A stretch of 63,442 nt of DNA, filler included, from Rhabdomonas costata (lineage: Eukaryota): assembly GCA_019059605.1 (NCBI GenBank). It is 55 parts of 55 records of this genome, joined end to end, with 100 filler letters (N's around TTAATTAATTAA, not from the genome) between each part and the next. Parts side by side here need not be neighbours in the genome. Positions count along the whole stretch, not along the records: positions 24,268 to 25,323 come from JAHMHO010031040.1; positions 25,424 to 26,479 come from JAHMHO010031041.1; positions 26,580 to 27,645 come from JAHMHO010031042.1; positions 27,746 to 28,801 come from JAHMHO010031043.1; positions 28,902 to 29,957 come from JAHMHO010031044.1; positions 30,058 to 31,113 come from JAHMHO010031045.1; positions 31,214 to 32,263 come from JAHMHO010031046.1; positions 32,364 to 33,419 come from JAHMHO010031047.1; 47 more parts are not named here. One strand, 5' to 3'. How positions within the stretch are numbered: the first letter of the stretch is position 1; every line of letters begins with the position of its first letter. This document shows positions 24,268-35,935 of the stretch, one piece after another. The notes under the pieces were generated by a model. It made no database searches. It was not told the origin of the DNA and saw only the letters and a list, made by a program, of their open reading frames with translations. A program made the position numbers and the translations under genes.

Positions 24268-25166
24268 GGGGTGTGGGTGGTCAGTTTTGGAAACAACGAG
24301 GAAGAAGCGAGAGCTCGTATTCCAGCTTCCCCACACTGTGCACTGACCAATTCCAGGGTAGTGAGACCAGGAAAGCAGGGCGACCGCGTGAGTGCATCCA
24401 TGCCGGACTCCCCGATTGGGTTGGTACCAATGGCTAAGGTCTCTAGTTTTGGAAAATGAGGTGAAGCCGCAAACGCTCGAATCCCTGCAGGCCCTATTAA
24501 ATTGACCTCCAGAGTCAAGGTCTGCAGGCCGGTATGAAAAGAACAATCCGCAAGAGCTTGAATTCCCGGATCTCCGATATTATTGTAACGCGCATAGAAG
24601 GAGATAAGGTTGGGAAAAAAGGACGAAGCAGAAAACGCCTGCATTCCACCATCCCCAATTAAATTAGAGCAAACATCTAAGGCGGTCAGGCTGGTAAGGA
24701 AAGGTGAGGCCGCGAGGGCTTGCATTCCCCATTCTTCGATCTCGTTGTAGCCCAAGTTCAAGCACCTTAAGCTGGGGAACATAAAAGACCCCACAAGCGT
24801 TTCCATTTCTTCAAACCCGATCTGATTGTAGCCCAAATCCAGGGATGTGAGATTGGGAAAGACGCATGCAGCCGGGTTCGCGATCGCCTCGGCAACGGCA
24901 GTTTCTATCAAAAGCACCGCAAGATCCTTGCCATCGACCAGAATCTCCGCAGCATGGCAACCTACGCGAATGCTACGACGCACGGCAGCTCTTAGAATGG
25001 GATACTCAAGAACATCGGGAAACCGCAGAACCACTTTCCAGTTCGGAGCCAAGTACTCATCCACCAGCTCGCGAAACTGTCGGCAAACCTGCCGCAGGCC
25101 CAGCTGAGGCTTCAGCCGAAGAAATCGAAAGATGGTAACTAAGGCGTTCTCTGGAAGCGTGGGCAT
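24268..25166 (-). CDS. F-box + leucine-rich-repeat protein, intronless, 3'-truncated
   Basis: N-terminal LPENALVTIFRFL...LRQVCRQFRELV F-box, then seven 27-aa LRRs (LxxLxLxxNxIGxxGxxALAxSPxFPx). Confidence 0.9.
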
Positions 25167-25425
25167 CAGCTTTCATTTCATGCTTTTCGTTGCAGCTGTA
25201 GTTGTGGGAAGACTGCAGGTAAAGGAAGAGAGAGGCCAAATTAACTGATATGGATGAAAAACATTACATTCGAATTTATCCGTTCAGCGCACGACTGCAA
25301 TTTGTGATGCGTTACAAAACAACNNNNNNNNNNNNNNNNNNNNNNNNNNNNNNNNNNNNNNNNNNNNTTAATTAATTAANNNNNNNNNNNNNNNNNNNNN
25401 NNNNNNNNNNNNNNNNNNNNNNNGT

Positions 25426-25689
25426 GTTGGGGGGGGGGCGCCCTCTAACGGGTGCTAGACGGTCGTCTAATGCCCGTCTAACCCGAGTATCCAATAGAAG
25501 CTTTGCAGGGGGTTTCGAAGGCGACACACGTCTCCCTGGGATTCCAATAGAAGCTTTGCAGGGGGTTAGGAAGGCGACACACGTGTCCCCTGGGATTCCG
25601 CCAAAAGGGGCTTGGGTTACACGGATGTTAGACGTCTAACGCCGTTGGACGTCTAACGGTGTTAGAGGTCTAACGCCCCCCCCCCCAAC
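25426..25689. mobile_element. MITE-like element with imperfect terminal inverted repeats enclosing two 53-54-bp tandem units
   Basis: gttgG(n)cg...ctctaac...cgtctaacccgag on the left mirrors cttgggttacacgg...gttagagg...cgC(n)aac on the right; internal units start at 25490 and 25543. Confidence 0.55.
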
Positions 25690-26579
25690 TGTGCATGACC
25701 CAGTCGAACAACCGAAGGAAGTCCACGGAGACACACCCCGAAGTTGTGAGCAGAAAAAATAACCACACACAGGAAGCAGGGAAAACCCAAGCAGACACAA
25801 GTTCGACAAAACGTCGAATCTGTCCCCAAGACCCCGTGCCCATGGCGGAACGATTTCATTCCATTTCGATCCCCCAGAACGAGAAGACAATCACTCTAAA
25901 AGGAAATTGTCTGCTTTGCATGAAGTGTTGGAAAATGATTCCCAAGTTCCAATGCGGCAACATTGCATTGAAAACTCGTAGAAAACTCGAAGCCAGTGAT
26001 TCGCCAATAAACCCAAATCCAATCATGGGCAAGGGAACCCTTGCACATCTGCACACGATTTAGCACACCGTTCAAAGATGCTGAGAACAATGATCCACAA
26101 AATTTTCAAACTCTTGCTGTGGTGGTTGATCCGCAAAACCTGCAAACTCTTTCCTGGAGTGAGAGCAAGTTCATCACTGGCCCTTCCCCTCCCAAAGAAG
26201 AGAAAGACAAAGCGAAGATGTAAAAGTCATTCAATCCAAGGACTCCAATAGGACGAAAAAAATGGCAAGAAATCCGGAAGACCGCACAGGACAAAATCCA
26301 CACACTGCTGTTAGCCTAGGCATGGGAAGCAATACCGCAAAACGCTTGCCCACCTCAACAGAAACCATGCGCCATGAGCACATTCGTCATTTCATTGAAC
26401 AGCGTCATCAAAACCACTCAAAAACAAACAGAAATAGGCAAGTAACTTTCTTTCCACCCACCCAGCAACCCACCCAACCNNNNNNNNNNNNNNNNNNNNN
26501 NNNNNNNNNNNNNNNNNNNNNNNTTAATTAATTAANNNNNNNNNNNNNNNNNNNNNNNNNNNNNNNNNNNNNNNNNNNN

Positions 26580-26582
26580 GGT

Positions 26583-26632
<50 letters not shown>
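26580..26632. repeat. (GT)n microsatellite
   Basis: About 25 GT units at the contig start; short (GACT)n/(GGTT)n runs nearby. Confidence 0.95.
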
Positions 26633-26635
<3 letters not shown>

Positions 26636-28027
26636 GGGCGCATTGTGCGCTGGCTGTTGCCTGACTGACTGACTGGTTGGTTGGTTGGTTGTTGTGACCA
26701 CTGTGGGCTGACTGGCCACGGGTGCTCGGATGAGGTTCCGTTGGAGCGAACGGTGCCATGGGAAACCGGAACCGGCTCACCGCCGAACGTTCCACATACC
26801 TCGCTCTGCCCCATGGGTCCCGGGCCTTTGTCGCGCAGCTGCTCCTTTCCAGCCGAGCTGCATTGCTCCATTGCTGCTCGGGTCTCTGAGACTCCACATC
26901 CTTCCTTGGACTTCCTTGCGGGGCTGGGGCCTTATCTCGCAGAAACGACCCTTGCAGCTTTTCTTTCGGACCGGTGAACGGGCACTGTATCGACAGGCGT
27001 TGCCGTGCCAGCTTGCCGTGGTGCGTCTGCGAGTGTCTCACTCGAAAAAGCGGCATTTGGGGTTCATTCCTCTCAGCTGAATTGTGGCATGAGGATTGGG
27101 CGACTTCGAACAAATTTTCAGAGAATTTTCATTCTTCGTTTCTTGCTACCTGATTATCGGCTTTGCAGTGGTGGGAAATTGGTTGGGAAGAAATGCGATT
27201 GCTGAGAGCACGAAAAAAAAACACTCAGCCAACAGCCAGTGCCTCGTGGATAGTGGTGGAGGTGGGTTGCAGAATGTGCTTCAGATAACAATGGCACAAC
27301 ACCCATCACGGGGAGTGACGCGACGGTCTTCTCCACCCATTCCATCTGAGTTTACGTGATGGCAACAATGCCACAGCCAAGAAAAGGTAAAGCGACGAAA
27401 GATGCCCCTCTTACTCTTCAGGAAGAGTTCTTCACAGATGGAAAAAACAATATTTCGCCGGTTACCTGGTGAGGTAAACAGGATTACAGGTTTTCGCAAG
27501 CATCTGCACCATAATTTCGATGACACGCTCGCTCTTCCTCGCTGGGTTTGTGACAGCAGATCTCCACAGCGCAATGAGGCGTCCATACCGGTGTCAGAGA
27601 GCCTTCTGGTGGTGAAGGTGGTGCTGGTGGCCAGCCCCCCCACAANNNNNNNNNNNNNNNNNNNNNNNNNNNNNNNNNNNNNNNNNNNNTTAATTAATTA
27701 ANNNNNNNNNNNNNNNNNNNNNNNNNNNNNNNNNNNNNNNNNNNNGTGGGGGGGGGGGGGGTAAGAGGAGTTCCGGTGACGGAGAAGCAAAAAGATCTTG
27801 AATTATTGACCCTTTTTTACTGTGTGATAGGGCATTTTAAAATCGAGCTTTGTCACCTCTTTGTCAACAACCAACGACCACATGCTCGAAAACATGCCGG
27901 AGCGCGCAAACCAACCGAGACGAACGAAATCAGGACATGGGAAATATCAAAAGGAAACACGCATAATCCGAACGCTTGAGGCGGAAGGGTTCTGTGCACC
28001 CGCGTTTCACCGAATGACAAGGCATAC

Positions 28028-28801
28028 GTCTAGCAGGTCGTTGATCTGGGACAGCAGCGCACTTCCGCTGCAGCTGATCAGGTGTGCACACTCCCTTTGC
28101 TTGGGGTCCAGTGCCGTAGTTTCCAGGAGGATCTGCAAGCGCAAAGAAGGGTCTTGCAATTCTGGCCGTTCCATCCCTCTCCCTCTTTCAGTCCCTTTCC
28201 CGGACATATGGAACATATATCTCACAAGGAGAGGGGAGGGGGGCTGACTCCGCCCTCAGCACACACACCTGGAGTTTTTGTAGTGCCAGCCCAAGCACTC
28301 AGCTCAACCCGTGCGGTGCGCTGGCTGCGACAGCGCATTCAGAGAACCCGCTTCACTTCTCCCTGGCAATTGGATTCTAGAAAACCACCCAAAAAGCAAT
28401 TTTTCGTCTACAATTTTTTTTTGATATTACAGCAATCTAGAAGCAGAACGCAGGAAACATAGTATTTGTAGTACAGACAAAGACGCAAAAAACAAGTAAG
28501 CAGCGGAGAAAAAATTAATGCGTGCAGAAAAGGTATGTGTGACATACGTGAAGGGTATTCCATAACCACTTCCGGTCAAGCCGGTGACCAAAATCAAATC
28601 CAGACAACCGTAGACAAGAAATGGCTACTGTGTTCTGAATACAGCCCCACAGAAAACAGAACGGAAGAAAAAGCACATTCCTCGGCCATCCCAATGCACG
28701 TCGTCAACGGCGTCCGCATCTCGTGGCTCACCATCGCGAAGAACATCTCCTTCGAGCGCATCAGCTCCTGGGCCTGCTCCGCGGCCCGGGCCAGCTCCTG
28801 A
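28028..28801 (-). CDS. Sensor histidine kinase, HisKA (H-box) region; exons 28801-28681 and 28132-28028
   Basis: KEMFFAMVSHEMRTPLTTCIGMAE|ILLETTALDPKQRECAHLISCSGSALLSQINDLLD. The junction requires donor GAG|gaatgt. Confidence 0.93.
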
Positions 28802-28980
28802 NNNNNNNNNNNNNNNNNNNNNNNNNNNNNNNNNNNNNNNNNNNNTTAATTAATTAANNNNNNNNNNNNNNNNNNNNNNNNNNNNNNNNNNNNNNNNNNN
28901 NGGGTTGTGTTGTAGACCCCATCCTCAGTCCCTCCATGATTCGGAAATTCTGATGCGAGCTTTCTTCCATTTCTTGGCAG

Positions 28981-29957
28981 TGCGTGTGCCTTCTGCTGTA
29001 GATGCCGTCGAGATGGCGTTCGGCGCTGCAGTATGCCGCGACGAGGCGTGGGAGCGCTCCTTCTGTGATCAGCTGCACCACCACAGCCACATCCTGGATG
29101 AGCACGGGCACAACCCCCTCCTGATTGCTGCCAGCGGGCTGATCAGCGCGGGCAGCGTGAACGCGCTGGTGTTTGCCCAGCAATGCCTGGCATGGGCCGA
29201 GGAGCGGTACCCCTCGGACGTGCTGGCGGTGGCGGCGTGCCGGTGGTGGACCACAGGGGAGGAGGACCCCGCGCGGAAGGCCCCGTACCGAGTCATCAAC
29301 GGCACTCTGCGTCCCACGGGGCGAAAGACGGCTGCCTCTCTGGAGCTGGTGATGCCCGCGGTGTGTGTGCTGACGTGGGCCCTGGAGAACCTGCCGAGGA
29401 GCGTGGAGTTCGCTCGGAAGTCCGCGGCGGTGTACCGCGTGGTGGGATGGCTGTTCCCCAACCCTCAGCAGTACGACCCGCAGGCCCACTTCCGGGAGGG
29501 CACAGTGATCACGACGTATGACTTCCGGTCTGCTAGCCGGTCCCTGGCCATCGCGGCGAACGCGAACTTCTCGGCGCCACGGTGGGTGGGCGAGGATGTG
29601 CAGGACACGGGGCACTACCTTCTGATCGAGGACCTTCTGCCTGGGGTGAGTGTGGATGAGCTTGTGTCTGGGGCCATCGCGGACCCGTCGCTGTGCAAGG
29701 GTCACATCGAGGGCACCCACTTTGATTATGAGGTGAGGAACATGTCCGGAGAAGGGCCACCGGATGCCACAGGCTTCCAAGCTTTGGGCCCGGGGAGCTC
29801 CGGGTCCTGTCGTGTGGAGGTCGTTTTGACCAGCTCGGACACCGCACAGACCATCCGGGGCTTCTCCACGCCGAACTTCGCCACTCACTTTGTGATTGAG
29901 AGTGCCTGTGTGGCCTACGTGGCACCGGTGAGCTGCTACCCCGAGGAGGACGAGGTG
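28981..29957 (+). CDS. NAD:arginine mono-ADP-ribosyltransferase (R-S-E clade) domain, long exon
   Basis: PYRVINGTLR, ALENLP, VYR (29436), FRSAS (29529), HFVI...VSCYPEEDEV (E-x-E at 29946-29954); polypyrimidine-cag acceptor at 28980. Confidence 0.8.
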
Positions 29958-31460
29958 NNNNNNNNNNNNNNNNNNNNNNNNNNNNNNNNNNNNNNNNNNN
30001 NTTAATTAATTAANNNNNNNNNNNNNNNNNNNNNNNNNNNNNNNNNNNNNNNNNNNNGGGTTTGGGGCTCCGCCGTCTGGTCGATAACTTACAACTTCGT
30101 AAAGGTCGGATAATGGCCGGCAGAAGGGATTTTTCTTCGAGTCTCTTGTATTGCTGCAACCAGGCCATTGCATTCCTCGCCCAGGCCACCAAGTGCCCAG
30201 GGCTGGCTTTGGGTGTGGCAGCAACCATCCGGGGGACTCTTTCCCAAGGCAAAAGTCCGTTATCTCCATCTTTATTTTTGGAGTTGGCGCCGAGTGCGGC
30301 AAACTGGCATTAAGCCTTCGCAGTAATTGCTCCACTTTGACTTTAACTTGCAAGTTAAATCCATCAGGTGAATTCCACTAAGGACAGAACGCAATCTCGG
30401 CCACGTCCGACTGCCCAGCCAGTCGGGACTATCAAGGTAAACTGGTCTACCGGCTGCCGTTGGCTGGATTTGTGACACTTTACAGCCGACCTGCATCTCT
30501 TATCAATAGGGCGCAAGCTGCCAGAGCGGTTGCTACCAAAATATTCCACATTTCGTGAGCGTCCTTGGAGCTCATCAGTTTGTCGTGGAGCGCGACTAAC
30601 ACTGGGATGTCGCACGAACGCGGTCAGCCAATGCCTGTCAGCAACTCCCCCCTTCAGTGTGTGCTCCAATGTGAAGGAAAACTGCTGCTAGCTCACGACA
30701 ACTTGCCACACAGTTCTAAGTTCGGTGGCAACCAACTCACAATGATGTTTGCATGTGCAAACTGCTCTGGAAGGGCTAGTGTGCCGGAATCAGTTTTCAC
30801 CAGCTGTGCGAAAAGGCTTCACATGGATGACTCGCTTTCCCTTCCAGGGTTTCTTCTAGTGTTGTCAGGTGGAGTCATTTTTGGTTCATCGTCTTCTGCC
30901 ATAAACAGATAAGAACAAATGCGAAGAGATGAAAAACCCATTTGGAAAATATCTGCTGTATTTGCGGTTTGTGACGGTCGGAAACATATGCATCGTGCAA
31001 CTTCAAAAAATATTACCTACGCGTGTACGGGGTCAAACCTATGGAAGGACGCTCTAAGGCTTTCCGCAGCTGACATACGTTGTGATTGGAGCGACGCGAA
31101 GTGCAACAACCCCNNNNNNNNNNNNNNNNNNNNNNNNNNNNNNNNNNNNNNNNNNNNTTAATTAATTAANNNNNNNNNNNNNNNNNNNNNNNNNNNNNNN
31201 NNNNNNNNNNNNNGGTGTGCCTGATTGTCTTTCCATACAATCTCGGCCCATAGGGTGGCGAAGTTTTCATGGTGCCATTTTGTGGCGTTTGGTTTAGTTT
31301 ACAGTATCTGTTGATGCAGTGCGCATTGGTCGTAGTATCTTTTGCTTCCGCACTGCAGAGGCACTGTGCCGGCTTAGCCGCCTATCGCGTTCTGCTCTGT
31401 GTATCTTCCTGCCCCATGAACACTATGTGGATGTGCATGGTTTTGATGAAATCATTGCAG

Positions 31461-32182
31461 AGCCCACGTGTGCGGAGCAGCCCAACGTGAAGTGTAATGG
31501 CAGCCTGCCCACCCCCAAAGCAAACCTGAGCTCCGTCTTCTGCGCCGCGGCGGTGTGCCTGCAGGAGGAGTGCTGCAAGCCAGGTCTCTGTGTTGCCCGC
31601 CTCGGTGCACTTTGCTTTTTCTTTTTCACACGTCTTTCAAGCTTTCGGTCGCACAGTGTGCTGTTTTGTGTGGCTCAACTGCGGACGCCTCTTCGCCCTC
31701 AGCCCCTCCCCCCGCCCCGTTCCTGTGCCTTCCAATGTTATTCTCGCGGTTCCCCACCATCATGTTCGTTTTTCCGCACCCCTCCAGCCTCGATTTGGAT
31801 ATGAATTTGCTTTTGATTGCCTTGATTTGCATACATTCGCTGGTTGGCAGGAGGTTGTTCTGCGATCGGCTAACTTTAGGAGTGAGTGGGTACGATGATG
31901 TTGATCTTGGTCTGGGTGTCGTAAGTCCCGTCCCCTCACCAGCGGTGCACTGAATTCGACCGATTGGCGTTGATTTATGTGCGGACTTACTGTCGATGAA
32001 TGTCGCTGAGCATGTCAGGTTCTTCTGCACCCCGCATTTTGCACATTCATTAGCGGACGCGACGACCTGTGCCGAGCAGGACTCGCTGACCTGTCCCTCG
32101 AGTTACGTGCTGAGGCCCAACCAGCCCCAGATACTGTGCGCCGTTCCACAGCAGTGCAGCGTCACGGAATGCTGCCAGTCAG
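31461..32182 (+). CDS. Cys-rich repeat protein; two phase 1-1 exons (31461-31583, 32054-32182), each one 6-Cys module
   Basis: EPTCAEQPNVKCNGSLPTPKANLSSVFCAAAVCLQEECCKP and DATTCAEQDSLTCPSSYVLRPNQPQILCAVPQQCSVTECCQS, both flanked by AG/GT. Confidence 0.8.
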
Positions 32183-33587
32183 GTTGGAACCCCCAAAGTT
32201 CTTATAACGCTTTGCTGAACCAATCCCATCCTTCTCCTTATATCGACTGGCACAGCAGGAAGTNNNNNNNNNNNNNNNNNNNNNNNNNNNNNNNNNNNNN
32301 NNNNNNNTTAATTAATTAANNNNNNNNNNNNNNNNNNNNNNNNNNNNNNNNNNNNNNNNNNNNTGAATAGTAGATGTTCGAGAGTGATAGAAAGTACCAA
32401 GAGGTGGATGAATGCAGTGCAGTGGATTTCAGATCGGTACAAGGACAGGAAAGAGAATGCAGAGATCACAAATCTAGTGGGTATTCTAAAGCAGGTAAGA
32501 GTTGAGATTGGCTATGCAGGAGTTGAAAGAGTGGATGATGATTGCCCAGGGATCTCCACAGTTACCGACCATGAGTACCATTCCACCAGTGTTGGAGGAT
32601 CATGCCATGGTGACGTATGTGATGGAGGTGATTGATCAGATTGAGGGATCGGTTCTGATTTCAGAACTGGAGAATATCGAGTGGTTGCTTAATGAGGTTC
32701 TGAGGAGGAAGCTTGTTTCCAGAGAGTTGTTGACCCAGCTTCCATAGACGAGGCAGTGGGTGAAGTATGTACCTCGGGCCCCGAAGCCATCTACACAGGC
32801 ACCAGTTGCAGATACGTTAGGAGAAATTTTGCGACAGCTGAATATGGGTAGGAGACCGTTGGTTGAACCTCCCAGAGGAGGTAATGCACAGCAAGAGACT
32901 GGAATCAAAATGACAGGGGTGGCCAGAGCCACGCCCTCGACTTCCACATAGAGTGCAGTGCCCAAGGCGGCTCCACAGACAGTTCCAAAGTTGATGGTTT
33001 TGTAAATACGCAGTGTTAGACAATCCAGAGATGATTATGGTGATTGACATGGAGTTCATACAATACTCAAGTGAGGTGGTTGAATCCAGAGTTCCACATG
33101 CTCAGGCCGTTACGTGGATAAAAGGCAGAGGAGCGGTGTACACATGGAGTACTCTGAATTATCTGTGTGCGAATTGGGACTCGCCCCCGTTTTGGTGTGG
33201 TAAGAACTTCAGTAACCCGAGGCAAGGTGGACTTTTGAGCAGTTTGTTTCCCTTGCAGAGTACCATATGAGTGGGAAAAAGCCCCGTGGGACAGTGAGGT
33301 TACCGAGAGAGTTTGCGTGGGCTTACAGAGTTCCAGATGGAGATAAAATTCACTTTGCCGTCTACGACGTGCACCCCCTGATCAGTGCGAAACATTACCT
33401 GTCCAGACCCAACCCTCCCNNNNNNNNNNNNNNNNNNNNNNNNNNNNNNNNNNNNNNNNNNNNTTAATTAATTAANNNNNNNNNNNNNNNNNNNNNNNNN
33501 NNNNNNNNNNNNNNNNNNNCATTATACATGGACGTTCCAGTTAAGGCATGTGTCCTTCTGCTCCCAACCTTTCCTTCTGTTTCTCAG

Positions 33588-34568
33588 GCGACTTCTGAAA
33601 GACCACTGCCTCAGGTCTTTCGTGCCTCCAGAATGGCCACCTGCACCAAAGCTCTGTGCCGGTGCCGAGCCAAGCGGAATTCCATGGAGGTTTGCTTTGC
33701 ATGGGTTTTACTTTGCTGCCTCTTCCTCTAATAACCAACCGACAGCGGGGGACACCACCATCTCATCCCTTCCTCGGTCTGTCTCAGGTGTTCTCGACGC
33801 TGAAGCCCACCACGCAGCTTGTGGTAGTGGTCGCCGTGATGAGCCTGGTGATGTGCCTGGCGGGGGGGGGCACGGCGGTGGGGCTGGACTTCAGCAGTGG
33901 GATCCGAATCCAGAAGGACAGCTTGCAGAAGGAGCTCAGCCTGGTGCTCAACGCGATGGAGAGCCTGACGGTGACCCAGGCTCGGCAGCTCACGGTGTAC
34001 TTTTGAATCCTTCAGTCCTCCCAGCCTTGGAAGAAAGAGGGCGAATGCACTCAAACATACCAGCATTATTTGTACTCGGACTTTTGATCGGCACAAACTC
34101 ATATCTTAACGTTCTCCCTGGGTAGAGGCTGCAGTTTCCAAGCTTTAACTTGCTCTCAGCTTAATACGTACTTCAAGACGGCCGTGATGATGGCAGAGAT
34201 GGTTCAAGGTTTGGGATACGACAATGTCATCGAGACCATTCAAGGCCACACCCAGAATGCGGCCCAGCTGATGGCCACGGTGACGGACCAGCTCTTCCTC
34301 TCGACTTCCAACAAGCTTGCCCTGGAGCGTGCCAAGTTGCTCCGGGACCAGCTCAAGGTTTTGTCCAGGATGGGCCTCAGCCTGAGCTCGCTGATCTCTG
34401 TGGTGAATGAGCTGAACAGCGAGGAGTTCGAGGTGGGCCATGAGGCGCTGCTTGTGCAGGCCTCTGCCAACGCGACCCAGGGCTACAGCCTGGGCAATGG
34501 TGCGGTGCTCTTGAGCCAACTTCGGTACTGCGCAGGAAGCTTACCTTCGTCCGGGTGCAGCCTCAGCA
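33588..34568 (+). CDS. Membrane-anchored receptor-like protein, partial; exons 33588-33689, 33788-33994, 34160->
   Basis: Phase-0 GT-AG introns keep one frame. Hydrophobic segment LVVVVAVMSLVMCLAGGGTAV is followed by a long helical region. Confidence 0.6.
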
Positions 34569-35935
34569 NNNNNNNNNNNNNNNNNNNNNNNNNNNNNNNN
34601 NNNNNNNNNNNNTTAATTAATTAANNNNNNNNNNNNNNNNNNNNNNNNNNNNNNNNNNNNNNNNNNNNGGGGTGTGGTTGCTAGGAGACAAAGGAAGTCT
34701 CAGGCAAGGGCTCATTGCCCTCTTGAAAAGAGAAAAGGAGCCAGAGGGAGAAGGAGAGGTCTGAAGTTACTCAGATAAACGAGCCCCGCCAAGAAAACAA
34801 CTGCTATCCTGAAAAAGGTCCACCCACAAAAGAATGTCGTGGCTTCCGCTGCAGGAGGAGGCGGGGGGGGTGGTGAAATGGTTTTACACGGTGTTGAACG
34901 GTGACAACTGCGGCAATTTCTTAGATTGCCGGGCCATGCTGCTAACGAGAAATGGAAAGCAAAACAAAAGCGTTATCCGTTTCGATGAAGACTTCATGCG
35001 GAAATACTCTCCCTGGTACTGCTTAAGACGTTGCAAAAAGGTGACGGCTCAGAAGGCGCCACAGCACTCTGTCCGTCTCCCGGAAGACCTCAGGGGGAGA
35101 GAGAGCGGGACGAGGGGGGGGGGAAGGCGAAGGTAGCGCAGTGGGCCTGTGGACTGTTTGCATGGAGCCTCGGAAAACAAAAAGACAATGTACAGCGCAA
35201 AAAAAAACAGCGAAAAGGTACAGCCTGAAATCCTGAAATACAACCACCATTGCACATCGACGACAACGGAAGCCTGATAAGAACATCGGAAAGCAACGAA
35301 AACAAACAGCTGCCTGCAGCTGAGAATGGAAAATGCGGACTGGACTCGATGGCCAGAATTCTGCGACGAGAGAGAGTGAAGAAGCCAGAGGCGACTCAGG
35401 CGAGGCTGCGGGACAAGCCCACGGGAACGATGGAGACAGCCACATTCTGGAAGACAAAGAAAACAGAAACCAAAAAGATATAATGAAAAAGGAAAAGTAC
35501 CACCCCGGAGCAGGGCCTACCCAATCGCAGCACTCAGTGCCGGGGGGACTCCCACACCTCGCACTCTTCTTTGGGTAATATGGCCCGCGTCACGTCAAAC
35601 GTAACAGGTGACAGAAGGCGGTTGAAAATCAGCCTCAAAAACATTCGCATCCGCTATGCACGGGAACCCAGCTTTTTCACCACCCGGTTTCCAGGGAGAA
35701 GAAATTCTTTTGAAAAAGTGAACCNNNNNNNNNNNNNNNNNNNNNNNNNNNNNNNNNNNNNNNNNNNNTTAATTAATTAANNNNNNNNNNNNNNNNNNNN
35801 NNNNNNNNNNNNNNNNNNNNNNNNTGTTTTGTGGGGAGAAGCTTTTGGTGTCCAAGTGTTTTTTCGGGGTGGCGGGGAGTGGGCGCAATTATTGCGACCG
35901 TCCGATCGAATGGTGCTCACTTGCCCTTGGCTCAG

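Noticed and set aside
28854-29888. 344-aa minus-strand ORF
   Set aside because: Antisense shadow of the GC3-rich ADP-ribosyltransferase exon.
32364-33419. Broken coding-like frames, possibly retroelement gag
   Set aside because: Multiple stops and frameshifts and no diagnostic motif; the same applies to 30058-31113 and 49688-50742.
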